Below are positions 11,371-24,448 of a stretch of DNA of 64,000 nt, one piece after another. The stretch comes from Octopus bimaculoides (Eukaryota). The translations under genes were made by a program, and so were the position numbers. Within the stretch, counting starts at the first letter, position 1; each line of letters starts with the position of its first letter. The notes below the pieces were generated by a model, which worked only from the letters and a program-made list of their open reading frames with translations, did no database searches and had not been told where the DNA came from. The DNA lies in the NCBI RefSeq assembly GCF_001194135.2, contig NC_068993.1:21597043-21661042 (forward strand). Reading direction: 5' to 3'.

Positions 11371-12817
11371 CACATCCATATTTAAACAGGTTATGTTATT
11401 TCTATGATGAATGAACCTGTCATATAGTGTTAAATAATCTATATCGTTTAAATGGCAGAAATTTATATATTTTGACTTACCAACATTCGTCATCAATGCA
11501 GTATTGAGTTTCGAAATGTTGAATGTAGTAGCATAAACTCCCATTAAAACTGTTTTCTACACTTCTAAAATCTACACTTCGAGATTAAAGAATAGCAGAA
11601 GTTAAATGTAAATACGATAAGTGCGTGTCAAACAAAAGTGAAATGCTGAAATTCAATTGAAACTTACACTTTGATCATCAAACTTAGAAACCAAATCATA
11701 CCTAGGTCTATTGGAGGAATGATTCACATATTTACAATACATAAATAAAAAATCCAAAATTAATAACAAGCAAAGTGTTAAGACGATATATTTCAATCTC
11801 AGAGCCGTTCCGCTTAATTTTTTTTTCTTCCTGACCTCTCATTTCTTGGGGTTTACTAACATCTTTAAACTTAGCTATATTTCTTTCGGAAACATAAGAA
11901 ATCTCCCGCGAGTGTCACCTAGTGTATTACTACAAACAACTTCTGTTTCAGCCATTTAGCTGACGTATGCCGTCCCCTTTGCTGTACTTAATCGTTTTCC
12001 CTTAGCATTTGTGATTTTTATGATATTCGATTTAACCTTTCTATCATATGTATAGAAGTTTAGAGAAATATGAAATTTTGATTTTATTGAGCAGCTTTAA
12101 AAGGATATGTTACATATAAAGATTAAAAGGCAAACAAACAAAACAGTCGAAATTTATTTCCTTATAAATGTGATCCAGGATGTAAAATGAAGGCGGGAAT
12201 ATTCCTCGATAGAAATAGTTGAATCTTACTGGTTGTTTGTTCATTGTAATCCAAGGAATTTTACATAAAAAAATCAATTAAATTGATGAATAGTATTTAC
12301 TCTTTAATGTTAGTGGCAAGCTGTGATGTGCTACAGATAATGCATAGTGTGTAGGCGAAGCAGAATCGATTAAACGCTCATTTCTCTTACGTTTTTAAAA
12401 GTGAAGAATCTAAAGAGCAAGCACTCAAACCGAAAGTCTCTATGAATTTGTAACAAAAATAGCAATGATTTAATTCATGCTAGAATGAAATTTTCCTCTG
12501 CAAAATGAGTTTTTGTTTTATATCAACTCTAGACTATTTCCAATTAAATATGCATATTTTATAGATGTAGGCAGATTAAACGGTTAAGGTTGTGGTTATT
12601 GCAATGTTAAGAAGAACTTGTATGGATCTATCAAAATTAGCACTATCCTTACCTCTTAGAAATTAATCATAGATAACACATGGATAACAGTTAATACCCA
12701 TATATATTAACTGCATAATCGTAGCATTCGAGCAAATGTTGACCGGATAAACACTTTGAGATCCTGATTAAATACATTTAATGCATTGGTTTTGAAAAGT
12801 TAGATTCCTTATATATA

Positions 12818-13064
12818 NNNNNNNNNNNNNNNNNNNNNNNNNNNNNNNNNNNNNNNNNNNNNNNNNNNNNNNNNNNNNNNNNNNNNNNNNNNNNNNNNNN
12901 NNNNNNNNNNNNNNNNNNNNNNNNNNNNNNNNNNNNNNNNNNNNNNNNNNNNNNNNNNNNNNNNNNNNNNNNNNNNNNNNNNNNNNNNNNNNNNNNNNNN
13001 NNNNNNNNNNNNNNNNNNNNNNNNNNNNNNNNNNNNNNNNNNNNNNNNNNNNNNNNNNNNNNNN
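12818..13064. other. Assembly gap flanked by microsatellites
   Basis: N run; similar gaps at 18291-18464, 24449-25035, 27265-27448, 50989-51871. Confidence 0.95.
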
Positions 13065-13155
<91 letters not shown>

Positions 13156-13789
13156 AACACCTCATGTAAGAATCCGCATTCCTCTATTAATTCCCATCAA
13201 TCTAATGTTGAATGTTGCCATAGTTAATTCATTAATTTTGAGAATGATCACGCAGCGTCAAAGTTAATTATTTTAAAGACCCACAGATTCCACCTCGGAC
13301 GCTCATACAACTGATGCTGTAGTATAATAGTTAGTGGAGAGAGGTCATTGAATTTACTTTTTCTGCTGTGTCTATTTTTATACTTCCCCTGCAATTTATT
13401 GAATTTTTTATTGCACATTTGAATTTGTTGCTTTCCAAAACGCAGATATTGATATTTTACTAAAGAACAAATAAAACGACAATATCTTTTAGTTTGTTTT
13501 ATAATCAGTTTTACTTTCGCAAACTAAATAATCTGAAATCAATCAACTAAACTGTTATCTTTAACTACTGGTTCCTTTGAACTAAGGCATATGATTCAGT
13601 TTAAGTTACAATGAAGCCCAGAGCTTAAGTCGTAACATCAGTTTGAAGACTTCTCGACGGATATTGCTTTTAAAAGTGTTAAATGCAATGCAATATGGAA
13701 CATATCTTATCGTATAGACTTTCCGTTAAAAAAGTTCAATTACTTTTAAAACAAAAGCATAACTTACACATATAATACTAAATTTCAGA

Positions 13790-14630
13790 CTAAATTTAAC
13801 AGGTTGCATGAACGGAAAAGAAGACATAATATCCCATCGAAATATATATATTTTTTAAAGAAAACAAGATATCAGCTAGAACATTTTCTGAGAGATAACA
13901 GTTTTCTGAAAGTAACCACTCTCAATTTCACCTACAGCATGAAAACGGCTAAGCAACCAGGCACATGCATTCCTCACTGTGTCCCTGGGAATATCATTGA
14001 ATACTTCCTTGATCTTGGCTACCGGCACGGGTTAAGTGTTGCAGGCAGTGCGACTTATGTTTTTCTCAACTGTGCTCCACAAACTATTTCATGGGATTAC
14101 AACAGGAGGGGTTGTGGGACTAGAAATTGCCGCTGGTGAACTTGTTGAAATTCTCCGACAATCACTTCTGACTTTTTCCGGAGGTATGGCAAAGAGCCGA
14201 TTCCTGCTGCCACATATACAACCTTCCAGCAACGATCCTCCTCAGCCAGAGATTTGCAGTAGTCTCCAACAACTTCACATAACCGTCTGAATTAAGCCTA
14301 GTATCCTGTTCAAAAATGGGGCGATGAATTCTTGCTGTCTCCCTTTCTGCTGCACGTGGCTTTTTAGTCTCCGTCGAAGTGGTCCACGTCTCGTCTTACA
14401 TTCTTTACAGCATTCACAAAACGTTGGTCAGCGGCCTTGGTGTCGGCATTGTCATACTCAATGCGATTCATCATGATATAAGAAAACCTTTTCTAGTATT
14501 CAAATGGCTTCCAGTCCTCCGTGTCAAATTTTTCTCAGCTACAAATTTAATCTTTTTGCTCTCAAGCGCCCATGACTATCCAATAATGCTTCAAGCAGTT
14601 TCTGTAAAAAAGGAGTCATAACAAGTCATC
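13790..14630 (-). mobile_element. maT (DD37D) Tc1/mariner-superfamily transposase remnant
   Basis: Minus translation RLNSDGYVKLLETTANLWLRRIVAGRLYMWQQESALCHTSGKSQK*LSENF...P..CNPM...KIKEVFNDIPRDTVRNACAW...GYFQ; matches DD37D motifs WQQDSAPCHT...PPNSPDxNPxD; many stops. Confidence 0.8.
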
Positions 14631-15247
14631 ATATTTATCCCGAATATAGTATATTAATATTTAGCCTAATTTCAGCTTAAACGGGTTCTGGTACCCACTT
14701 CCCTTTTTGCCCTATTACATATGTAGTACAGACTTCCCCCATATATGAGATTAGTGATAAGCATAACAGGCTGGATTATCGTTTGGAAATATAACTATTT
14801 TCTGTTAATTCACATGAACAGTACTGGGGCACAGCAGAAGAAGATAAAAAAAAACTCCGTCAATGACTTTATAAAACAAAAATATTCGACGAGAAAATAT
14901 GAGTGTATGCAGTATAACTGTCTTTAAACAGGTACTGGTTTAAGATACATGTTGCTGATATTCTCAGCTCAGCATAATTATAAAAATTACTATGAAAAAG
15001 TTCACTTCATTATAATTCTAAGCACAACAAACTGAGAATAGGTATTACATTCCTGAACGAATTACATTGAGGTGTAAAGCAATGAAAAAGATTGTGTGTC
15101 GTCATACACTTTTTTCTGATCAACTACAGACGTCATAAACCAAAAATGCAAGATGAAAAAGAACTTCCAAACCTATTAATATTGTAAGTTGGGAGTACTT
15201 ATCTGTGAACACACGTGATTATCACACCTTTATTTTTCTGTTCATAG

Positions 15248-15288
15248 GTGTACTTCATGAGGTTAGACGAGACCTGGGGTTAATATAG
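15248..15288 (+). CDS. Candidate terminal exon ((G)VLHEVRRDLGLI*)
   Basis: Good acceptor tttttctgttcatag, short protein-like reading to TAG, AATAAA about 100 bp downstream; product not recognised. Confidence 0.2.
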
Positions 15289-16584
15289 ACACCACCAATT
15301 TATTAGAATGGACAGCGTTAGGCAATATACCTGTTGAATGTTTATTAAATCCGAACAAATTCTCTGAAAGATTTATGGAAGGAAATAAAAATCTACTTAA
15401 ATACATACATTATTGAATTACTTTATGAATATCCAGTATTTAGCTATATCCCTGGTGTGACTCATTCGATTATTTGACATTACAATCTCTTATTGCTACA
15501 TACATTATGTAATATGAAATACAATGCAAATAATGGTTGAAGCAATATGAAATAAAAGCATCGATGAGGCTATGTTAGTATTCTATGATAGCATAAACTA
15601 TAATATAAATGAGACGATGTTAATGACATGAGATTACCATTACACACATATAGTATTTCATTAATGCAGCTGCTTAGGGGAGTATTAAATATTTAAAATT
15701 TTTGAAATCAAATATTGTGCAGTGTTAAACATAAAAGACTACGACTAATTATCAGTTAAGTTTAACGGTAAATAGATAATATTACATGTAATTTTATTAC
15801 ACTTAATAGTTTCAGGATATATGTAGCTAAGTAAAGTGGTACATGTTGACACTTCTTTCATGGATAAATTCAGCAACAAGAAGAAACACTAAAGTAATTA
15901 ACCACATGATATCGTAACATCTAGGTCGCTTACCATCAGAATATAATAATAAATAATATGTGTTTAAATACAAAACATGGTAGATAGACGGAAAACTATT
16001 CTTGCACCCCTCTGCTTTTCATAACAAGTAGATGATCATTAATATGTATTTATTACAATTCATTTCCGCTCCGTATACGGAGTCTGGCCGATAATACTTG
16101 ATGGAATTTCTGAAATCCAGAAACCTCTAAAGTCAAAGGAAATTTTGAGCAACAGCTTCATCACGAATGGAAATTCTGACGCTTTACTTTCTCCCAAAAA
16201 GAAATGTGACGATGTAAATGGCATTGAATAAAAATGTACAACTGGAAACGATGTAAGGCCCTTTTATGTGATTAACAAACTCAATTGAAAATATAATATA
16301 TGGATTTGGTTCGGTAAAATCCAAGCGTTCAAAGATCGAAATTGCTATATTGGGGACGCTTCGTTTTGCTCGCTTTTCAATTAAAATCTATTTTATGTAC
16401 GTAGTACGTAGCGATATTACTACCAAAATTGTTTTAAACTATCACTACGGTTTAAGGTGTGTTCTTAAAGGAAAATAAACAACGAGTTTATATATCGATC
16501 CCAGACCCTACCTACTTAGAAATATATGGATTGAGTAGCCCAACGACAGTAGATTGCAGCTGTTATACATACTCTTAGGAGTAT

Positions 16585-16716
16585 TTAAGTCGATTACATC
16601 GACCCACTGTTGAACTGTACTTGTTTTATCAAGCACAAAATGACGAAAGGCAGAGTCGGCCCCCAATGGAATTTAAACTCAGAACTTATTTCAACCGACT
16701 TGCTAACGATTCTGCT
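16585..16716 (-). mobile_element. SINE family B, diverged copy
   Basis: gtcgattacatcgaccc...gaaaggcagagtcggcc...gaatttaaactcagaac...ctaacgattctg. Confidence 0.75.
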
Positions 16717-17169
16717 ATCTTGCCCTCTTTTGTCTAAGATCAAAATGTAGAAATATATAATCCTTCTGAAATCCGAATCACACCTTGTCTCAAGCATTTT
16801 CGATTGAGATTTTCAACTTGTAGGGCAAATTATTGACCAGTAATTACTGTAAATAATTAATTGTAATTTACTAGATTTTAAAAGTAACTCAGGATTGGTG
16901 TAAGTAGTTATATAAAACAGGATTTTGAGGAAATCAAAACAGTCATCCCTATATTCTTTCTTGAAAGAAATTCATAATTATTGATTCTAACTCACCGTAT
17001 CGACAGACATAGGTGCGTATCGAAAGACATCGGCGATTTCTAATTTAGATCAGTGGTGTCCTGTTGCATGTCGCTGGTTTATTGACAGATCACTCTTCCT
17101 GTCTCCGGATTTATCGACATTTCTCGTGAAGCAATCCACTTATTCAGACTTTGTAACAGAATAATAGAT

Positions 17170-17560
17170 AACCTCCTCAGAAATCGTTCTAGTCAAGATA
17201 TACAACACTTGTAATTACACACGACAATACGCAACTCTCAGATCCTTCTGATTTGGCGGGCGCCACTTTTCTTTATGCTTTATTTAGTGTGTTTTCTACC
17301 GAAACACTTTCAAACTTCGTATACTTGTATATTTTGTGTTATAGAACAGATAGAAATTTTTGTATTCGAAGTTAGTTCATGAAAAGAAATTGTCGTATTT
17401 CGGTAATCTCAACCAATCACTGACGTCTATTGAGGTGAAAACAATTACTGCTATGGATTGTCAACAAAACGTTATGCGGTGTAATGGGATCATTTCTCTT
17501 GAATAAAATTAGTGTCGTTGTTTGTCAACAACAACTAACGTCGGTACTGTTATTTATGAC
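17170..17560. repeat. Probable dispersed non-autonomous repeat
   Basis: ctaccgaaacactttcaaacttcgtatac...caaccaatcactgacgtctattgaggtgaaaacaatta...tttgtcaacaacaact resembles a repeat I associate with octopus genomes; not verifiable within this window. Confidence 0.35.
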
Positions 17561-18154
17561 ATCGTTTGTGCGATTTAATTAAAATTTTTCCGACGTATTA
17601 TCTGACACGGACTGTGACGCATTGACTTTATGTATTCAATGGTAGATCCCACAGGTTCAATTCTACCAGATTTACTGTATCGAACAGATTCATTGTATTT
17701 TTTAGATATTTTTCTTTCCCGTGTCATTTCTTTAAGTTTGATTTCTTGAGAAATTTCGTCCAAGAATTGAACTCTTTCCCCTGACACACTATGAACTATC
17801 TTAGTAGTTTTTTTTTGTATATCGGCCTTCCTATCTTAATCCATGTTGCCGTATTAATCATCTATACGCTTGATCCGCTATTTGATTGCATTTTCGTCTG
17901 AAAACCATTATTTTTACCGACACAAATTTTCGGTTTTCTATGGTATAGTTTATTTTTGTTGAGTAGTCCTTCTTTGGTTTCTTATTTTTACATTTTTCCT
18001 CAACCGTCATTTTGAGGCCAAGTTTTACCACACTTAAAGCATTTTTTATCTTTAAAGGAGCAATCTGTCTTAAAATGCATGTCTCTGTAACCATAGGACG
18101 GTTTGGGATTTATCTGTCTTTGTTTTCTTTCAATACTTTCTTTACACGTTTGTG

Positions 18155-18234
<80 letters not shown>

Positions 18235-18487
18235 GCGTCTTCTATTTTTCTTGTATCTTCTTGAAGGTTTATTATTTGTTAGCATTCCTCNNNNNNNNNN
18301 NNNNNNNNNNNNNNNNNNNNNNNNNNNNNNNNNNNNNNNNNNNNNNNNNNNNNNNNNNNNNNNNNNNNNNNNNNNNNNNNNNNNNNNNNNNNNNNNNNNN
18401 NNNNNNNNNNNNNNNNNNNNNNNNNNNNNNNNNNNNNNNNNNNNNNNNNNNNNNNNNNNNNNNNCTCTCTCTCTCTCTCTCTCTCTC

Positions 18488-18525
<38 letters not shown>

Positions 18526-19512
18526 CACTCTCTGCGCGTATCCAATTATATTGTGGCAGACTTTATTAGGAGCCAACCAAGTAGGCGTGTTCTGCTTCCA
18601 CACATTTGGAACAAAGTATAATTCATTATTTACTTTCTTTAAATGGATTTATATTTTGGCAGTCAGTGTATTTCATATCTAAACAATTTATTCGTTCAAT
18701 GTTTTCCCAATTTATAGTTGCCCGTGAAGTTATGTAACCTTACAATACTAAGCCAATGGGTCGAAATATGCGGGTTTCATCTCTTGTTGAATGAAAGGCT
18801 TCATTCAAATTACTCATGATAAAAAAGTCACTATAATTAGTAGTAGTTTTGTTTATCGTAGTGATATTGTATTCGATTAATCAAATCTCTGACAGTTTGT
18901 ATTACCAAACGACAAGTGATTTTATTTCCTTTATAAGCGCAATTAGAGCACCGGAGACTATGTCACCGAATAAGATGGGATTTGGCAATTTCTAATGTCC
19001 CAAAGTGACGAAACTTTCTGGATTTTCAAATCATAAAAATTTCCATATTGAAAAATATTTATTTGAAATAACTGAAATTGCGAAAACAAAAATCAATATA
19101 TTATATAAACAGCTTTAACATATCTGAAAGGAAACGTCACCGCTGAGATTTGTATGACACACAGCTATTGGAGATTTCATCATCCCCGTTCAAATTTTGA
19201 CAAGAGAAAATACATGATAATTTCAACGTTTTGTGTTTTTACGAAAATGCCTGTGAAGGAAATGAAATGATGACAAATTAACATGTTATATTCTGAGCCG
19301 GTTCAGTGATTAATTGTTTCACTTTGTCTTGAATTCTAAAGCACAATCCCGCAGTATAGAATTTCAATTTTAACTTTATATCAACTCCTCTTACAGTTAA
19401 TAGAAAATACAAAATTCAAGTTCTAGTAACTGTTATACCTTGCTCTCAAAATGAACTGGTTTGAGGCAATTTGATTCTCTCTTGAAAAACTTTCTCTCTT
19501 TTCTTTCTACAG

Positions 19513-19547
19513 AAATCGTTTTAAAGCTTATTGTCTGCTATTTTTAT
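19513..19547 (+). CDS. Candidate 35-nt exon
   Basis: Strong acceptor tttctctcttttctttctacag and donor GTAAGA; two open frames (IVLKLIVCYFY or NRFKAYCLLFL). Confidence 0.2.
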
Positions 19548-20949
19548 GTAAGAAGTATTTGTTAAGCATAAAAAAACAGACACACAATGCACTGTCCTTC
19601 TAAAGAGAGAGGTCTACGCGGGCATTCAACTTCGTACAAATAACCGTCAATTGCCCTCAAATACCACTCTTCTCTTTAATAAAATATATTTCACAGTTTG
19701 TCCTTGAGGCTTGGTTAGAGTTAGAACTCTTTTGAACATTGCTAAAGTGGAACCAGAATCAACGTATGTTTCTAACTCAACTCGCGTTACTCTAAAACGG
19801 ATACTTAAAATATAAAGATTTCTTTCTGCTAGAGAAATTCTTAAAGACGACAGAAAGATATTCTGCCATTCATTGTTCTCGTAAAAAAATTGGTTAAATA
19901 AACGAATAATAGGACATGGTTGCTGTGCTTTAATATCAAACAAGGCGCCAGCACTTTATTTCTCTTTTCAAAATATAAAGAAAACAATTCCTACTGCAAT
20001 CAAAATAGTAACATGTCAAAGAGTGATGTGAATGGTTATAAAAATGCAGTTTATAGAATAACTCAGAATATTACATCAAAGTTTATTATCAGTAAAAACA
20101 ATATAATTCTTTATCCTTCATTACATAGTTTAGGAAGGCTCCATGAGATTTCTATACCAAGAAATATCATGTTTCTACACAAACATATCCAGAGAAAGAA
20201 ATAATCGCAAATACGCAGATTTGCGCATACACACCATGTAACCATAAATTTCTTGACAAAATGCAATAAACATAGATAGTCGGCACATAATTCTAAAGAG
20301 ATGTGTACATATTCTAGCACACCTGCAGGCACGTAAGTGTACATAGATACGTAGAAAAATACACACACACACACAAACACACACTCGCCCACTCACACAA
20401 ATCAGGAAATGAGATGACAGGTATAACTGATTATTTCATGAACTTCATTAGCTTACAGTTATTTCTTCTATAGAATGCAGTGGACTCATTGTTGAGTGCC
20501 TGAGTAACACCACAGAAAATCCTCAAGCATTTAATCCTTTGTCATCACATTTTATTATTGACGATCTGTACTAGACTCTTCTCTTAATAAGAATGCCAAA
20601 GCGAAATATTAAGATGTATGTATAAATCTACGGATAACAGCCGGTAATCGAAGCTGTGCCGGTGCATTACTCATCGTCTGCCTATACATTTTTTATAATT
20701 TCTCCGTCATATATATATAAATTTATATAAATAAGGATAAGATCGATATTTAAAATACCGATTTTATCAGGTGGCCAGTAATTTTTGCTAGTTCATTTTG
20801 TCTCTTCGTCTTCTCTTCTGGTGATGTATGAACATTTAATGTGGTTTTAGAGTCACGTTTTGACTGCTATTTCCAGCTTGGTGGCATCTCTTAGATACCC
20901 TAAATTATAATTCTATGTATGTATATATATACACAAGTGATGGAGATGC

Positions 20950-21597
20950 AAATAGCACAGAACGAAATCTGAGTCATTACAAGTTAAGAAGGAATTTAAT
21001 AAAAATGATTTTAAAAATTATATTACGAAAATATTACCGGTTTCGGAGATGAGACTCATCTTATCAAATACATCTAAAAATTCATACAAGTTTGAAATAA
21101 AAACAGTTTATCTTCTATCTGCGTGTCAAAAGCATGTCTGGAGATTTTTCGTTGAAGTCTTCTTTGAATATAGTTTCATATAGAGTTCAAAGTGTTAGAG
21201 AGTAAGAGATGGGGGTGTAGTTGTACATTGGCTTAAATTAAATCTTTGTGGCTTCCTGCCATGGGAGTGGCTTAAAAGCATTTATTGAACGGGCTTTATG
21301 TCTACCTGTGTGTGAGTGTGTATGTGTGTCAGTAAGTGAGTGTGTGTGTATTGTGTTGAATGTCTTTTCAATATATTTGGAATGTGACCAGCTGTCTGCT
21401 GATGGGTGTGCATGCTGTGATGATTGTCTTGTTGAAGAACAAATTAGGATTATTCTCTGGGTTTGACGTATTCTTTTAAGTGCCCCCACCTGTGTGTATG
21501 TGTGTGATCAGCAGCAGTGTGTATTTGTGTGTTTGTGTGTGTGCATGTACGTAGTTGTGTGTGTAGGTACAAATTTGTGTGTGTGTGTTTTCTGATG

Positions 21598-21635
<38 letters not shown>
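20950..21635 (-). repeat. Left arm of long inverted repeat flanking Tc1
   Basis: Reverse complement of 22897-23634, e.g. gcttcctgccatgggagtggcttaaaagcatttattgaa versus ttcaataaatgcttttaagccactctcatggcaggaagc. Confidence 0.9.
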
Positions 21636-21636
<1 letters not shown>

Positions 21637-21639
<3 letters not shown>

Positions 21640-22895
21640 GGGTTGGACAAAATAATGGAAACACCTAGCATCATAACATCATCATTTTGAAATATCTATA
21701 TAACCGTGAAAAGCTTGTTTATTTTTGTCTCTTATTTATTTATTATTAGTGTTGCTTAATGTGTTTTGCTAAAATTGCTGTTTCGTTTCAGATATTATCA
21801 TAAAAAAGTTAATTAAAACTCATTAAAATGTCAGATCTATCAGACTTTCAAAGAGGCCAAATTGTTGGTGCTCATATGGCAAATACTAACGTAATGAAAA
21901 CAGCCGAAAGGTTTGGTCTATCAAGAAGTACTGTCGCGATAGAAATGACAACCTTTGAGAAAGAGGGAAAAACTTCCTCGTCGAAACAAAACACTGGAAG
22001 GAAACCAAAACTTTCAGATAGGGACCGTTGGACTCATACACGAATTGTTAGAAAGGATCACAAAAGTACTGCTCCCAAAATTATTTCAGAACTTAGTGAC
22101 TACCTCGAGAACCCAGTTTACACAAAAACTGTTCGCCGAGAGCTGCACAGAGCCGGATTTCACGGGAGGACTGCAATCAAAAAACCACTACTTTCCAAAG
22201 CAAATATTGGAAAGTGTTTAGAGTGCAGTAAAAACCTACAGAATTGGTCCTTAGAGCAACGGAAGAATGTTACTTTCTCGGACGAGTCATCCTTTACCTT
22301 ATTTCTGACCACGGCCGAGTATACGTGTGGAGACAGCCAAGTGAAGCATTTGATCCAGATTGCCTTGTTTCAACTGTTAAACATGGGGAAGGATCTGTGA
22401 TGATCTGGTGTACTATATCTTCGAAATCTGCCGGCCGAATGGTTTCCCTTCATGGCAGAATTAATAGTCAAGACTATTTAAACATTATATGATATCTAAT
22501 TCATCCTATGGTTGTGGAACTGTTTCCGGAGGGGAACGCAATCTTTCAGGATTATAATGCACCGATTCACACAGCTGAATTTGTTACTGAATGGCACGAG
22601 TGAAGTTGATCATCTTGAGCACCACAGTTCTCAGATCTCAATATTATTGAACATTTATGGTGCATTTTAGAAAAACAAGTAACGAGTCGATATACTCCAC
22701 CATGATCATTGCAAGAACTGGAGACAGCTTTAGTTGAAGAATGGACAAAAATTCCTTTGGAAACAATTCAAACTTTGTACGAATCCATACCTCATAGAAT
22801 TCAAGGTGTAATTACTGCAAAAAGGCGACCCTACCTGCCATTAAAAAAAATTGTTTGAAATTGTAAGGTGTCTCCCTTATTTTGTCCAGCCTCTG
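21637..22895 (+). mobile_element. Tc1-family DNA transposon (DD34E), near full length, frameshifted
   Basis: TA-flanked TIRs caggggttggacaaaataatggaaacacc / ggtgtctcccttattttgtccagcctctg; transposase from 21828 with paired-like HTH (MSDLSDFQRGQIVG), GRKPKL, FSDES, TVKHGEGSVMIW, FQDYNAPIH, DLNIIEHLW. Confidence 0.95.
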
Positions 22896-22896
22896 T

Positions 22897-23634
22897 ATAT
22901 ATATACACAAACATATACACTCACACACAGACATGTACACTCACACATGCAAAAGAAAATAGCACAAAAACACAGACACAAACACACACACTCACATACA
23001 CACGCACACACACACACAAATGCACAAAGACACCGATACACACACATATACACAAAATGAAGCATCGTACAAAACATACTCACACACAGGCACAAACACA
23101 AACACACAAACACTCACATACACACACAAACATTCACAGAGCTGGTGACCACACACACACAGAGGAGGTGACACTCAAATGAATACAAGATATTCATCAC
23201 AACATACACACCCATCAACACCCAGCTGGTCACATTCCACACATATTGAAAGGATATTCAACACAATACGCGCACACACACACATTGACACACATACGCA
23301 CACACACACTCACATACAGGTGGACATAAAACGCATTCAATAAATGCTTTTAAGCCACTCTCATGGCAGGAAGCTACAAAATTTCCTTTAAGCCAATGCA
23401 CAGCTACATCCTGTCTGTTACTCTCTAACACTTTGAACTCTATATGGAACTATATTTAAAGAAGACTTCAATGAAAAATCTCCCAGAAAGAAGATAAGCT
23501 GAATTTTTAGAAATATTTGATAAGATGAGATTCATCATCAAAATCGGTAATATTTTCTTAATATAATTTTAAAAATCATTTTTATTAAATTCCTTCCTAA
23601 ATTGTAATGATTTAGACTTTCGTCTGTGCTATTT
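22897..23634 (+). repeat. Right arm of long inverted repeat flanking Tc1
   Basis: Mirror of 20950-21635 with substitutions and indels. Confidence 0.9.
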
Positions 23635-23838
23635 CTACCTACATCTTTTATATAGAGAAATTTGATTCGTATAGATCTCTAATCCTTTTTCAGCTACACA
23701 CACAGACACGCACGCACGCACACACACATATGTACGTATTAAAATAATATATCAATATATTATGATATATTAAATACGTTACAATGTAGGTGGATATAGC
23801 AATTAAAAACCAAAAGGGCAAAATTAATAAACGAGGGT

Positions 23839-24093
23839 GCAAAATGGAACCTACAATTGCTAGAAATATGAGCCCAAATTTAACTCGAACAGCCACACAA
23901 AAGCACTAAAGTCATGAAATAATCTGGACTGCAACATGCAGCAAGCCACACCATCTCCCTTTGTCGAGATAAACTCACTGAAGTTGTAGTTTGTTTCACG
24001 CGGTCCCGAATATTTCATGTGGTTAGTGCTTTTGTGTGGCTGTTCGAGTTAAATTTTGGCTCTTTTCTCTAGCAATTGTCGGTGCTATTTTGC
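23839..24093. repeat. MITE-like inverted repeat (~85-bp arms, ~90-bp spacer)
   Basis: caattgctag...aatttaactcgaacagccacacaaaagcactaa..catgaaata mirrored by tatttcatg..ttagtgcttttgtgtggctgttcgagttaaatt...ctagcaattg. Confidence 0.85.
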
Positions 24094-24111
24094 TTTGTCA
24101 TATATATATAC

Positions 24112-24448
24112 TCTCTCTTTACTCTTTAACTCTTTTACTTGTTTCAGTCATTTGACTGCGGCCATGCTGGAGCACCGCCTTTAGTCGAGAAAATCGACCC
24201 GAGGACTTATTTTTGGAAGCCTAGTACTTATTCTATCGGGCTCTTTTTGCCGAACCGCTAAGTTACGGGGACGTAAACACACCAGCATCGGTCGTCAAGC
24301 GATGTTGGGGGACAAACACAGACACACAAACATACACACACACATGCATATACATATATATATATATATACGACGGGCTTCTTTCAGTTTCCGTCTACCA
24401 AATCCATTCACAAGGCTTTGGTCGGCCCGAGGCTATAGTAGAATACAC
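24112..24448 (-). mobile_element. SINE family A, young copy (5' end lost in gap)
   Basis: ttcagtcatttgactgcggccatgctggagcaccgcc...ccgaaccgctaagttacggggacgtaaacac...gtctaccaaatcc...ggtcggcccgaggctatagtag. Confidence 0.9.

Noticed and set aside
17240-17430. E2F-like TTTGGCGGG, CCAAT and CRE-like TGACGT motifs suggesting a promoter
   Set aside because: They lie in what appears to be a dispersed repeat; no independent evidence of a TSS.
21440-21500. WGHLKEYV and LQQDN peptides in the inverted arm resembling transposase motifs
   Set aside because: Wrong order and spacing for a DDE domain; likely coincidence.
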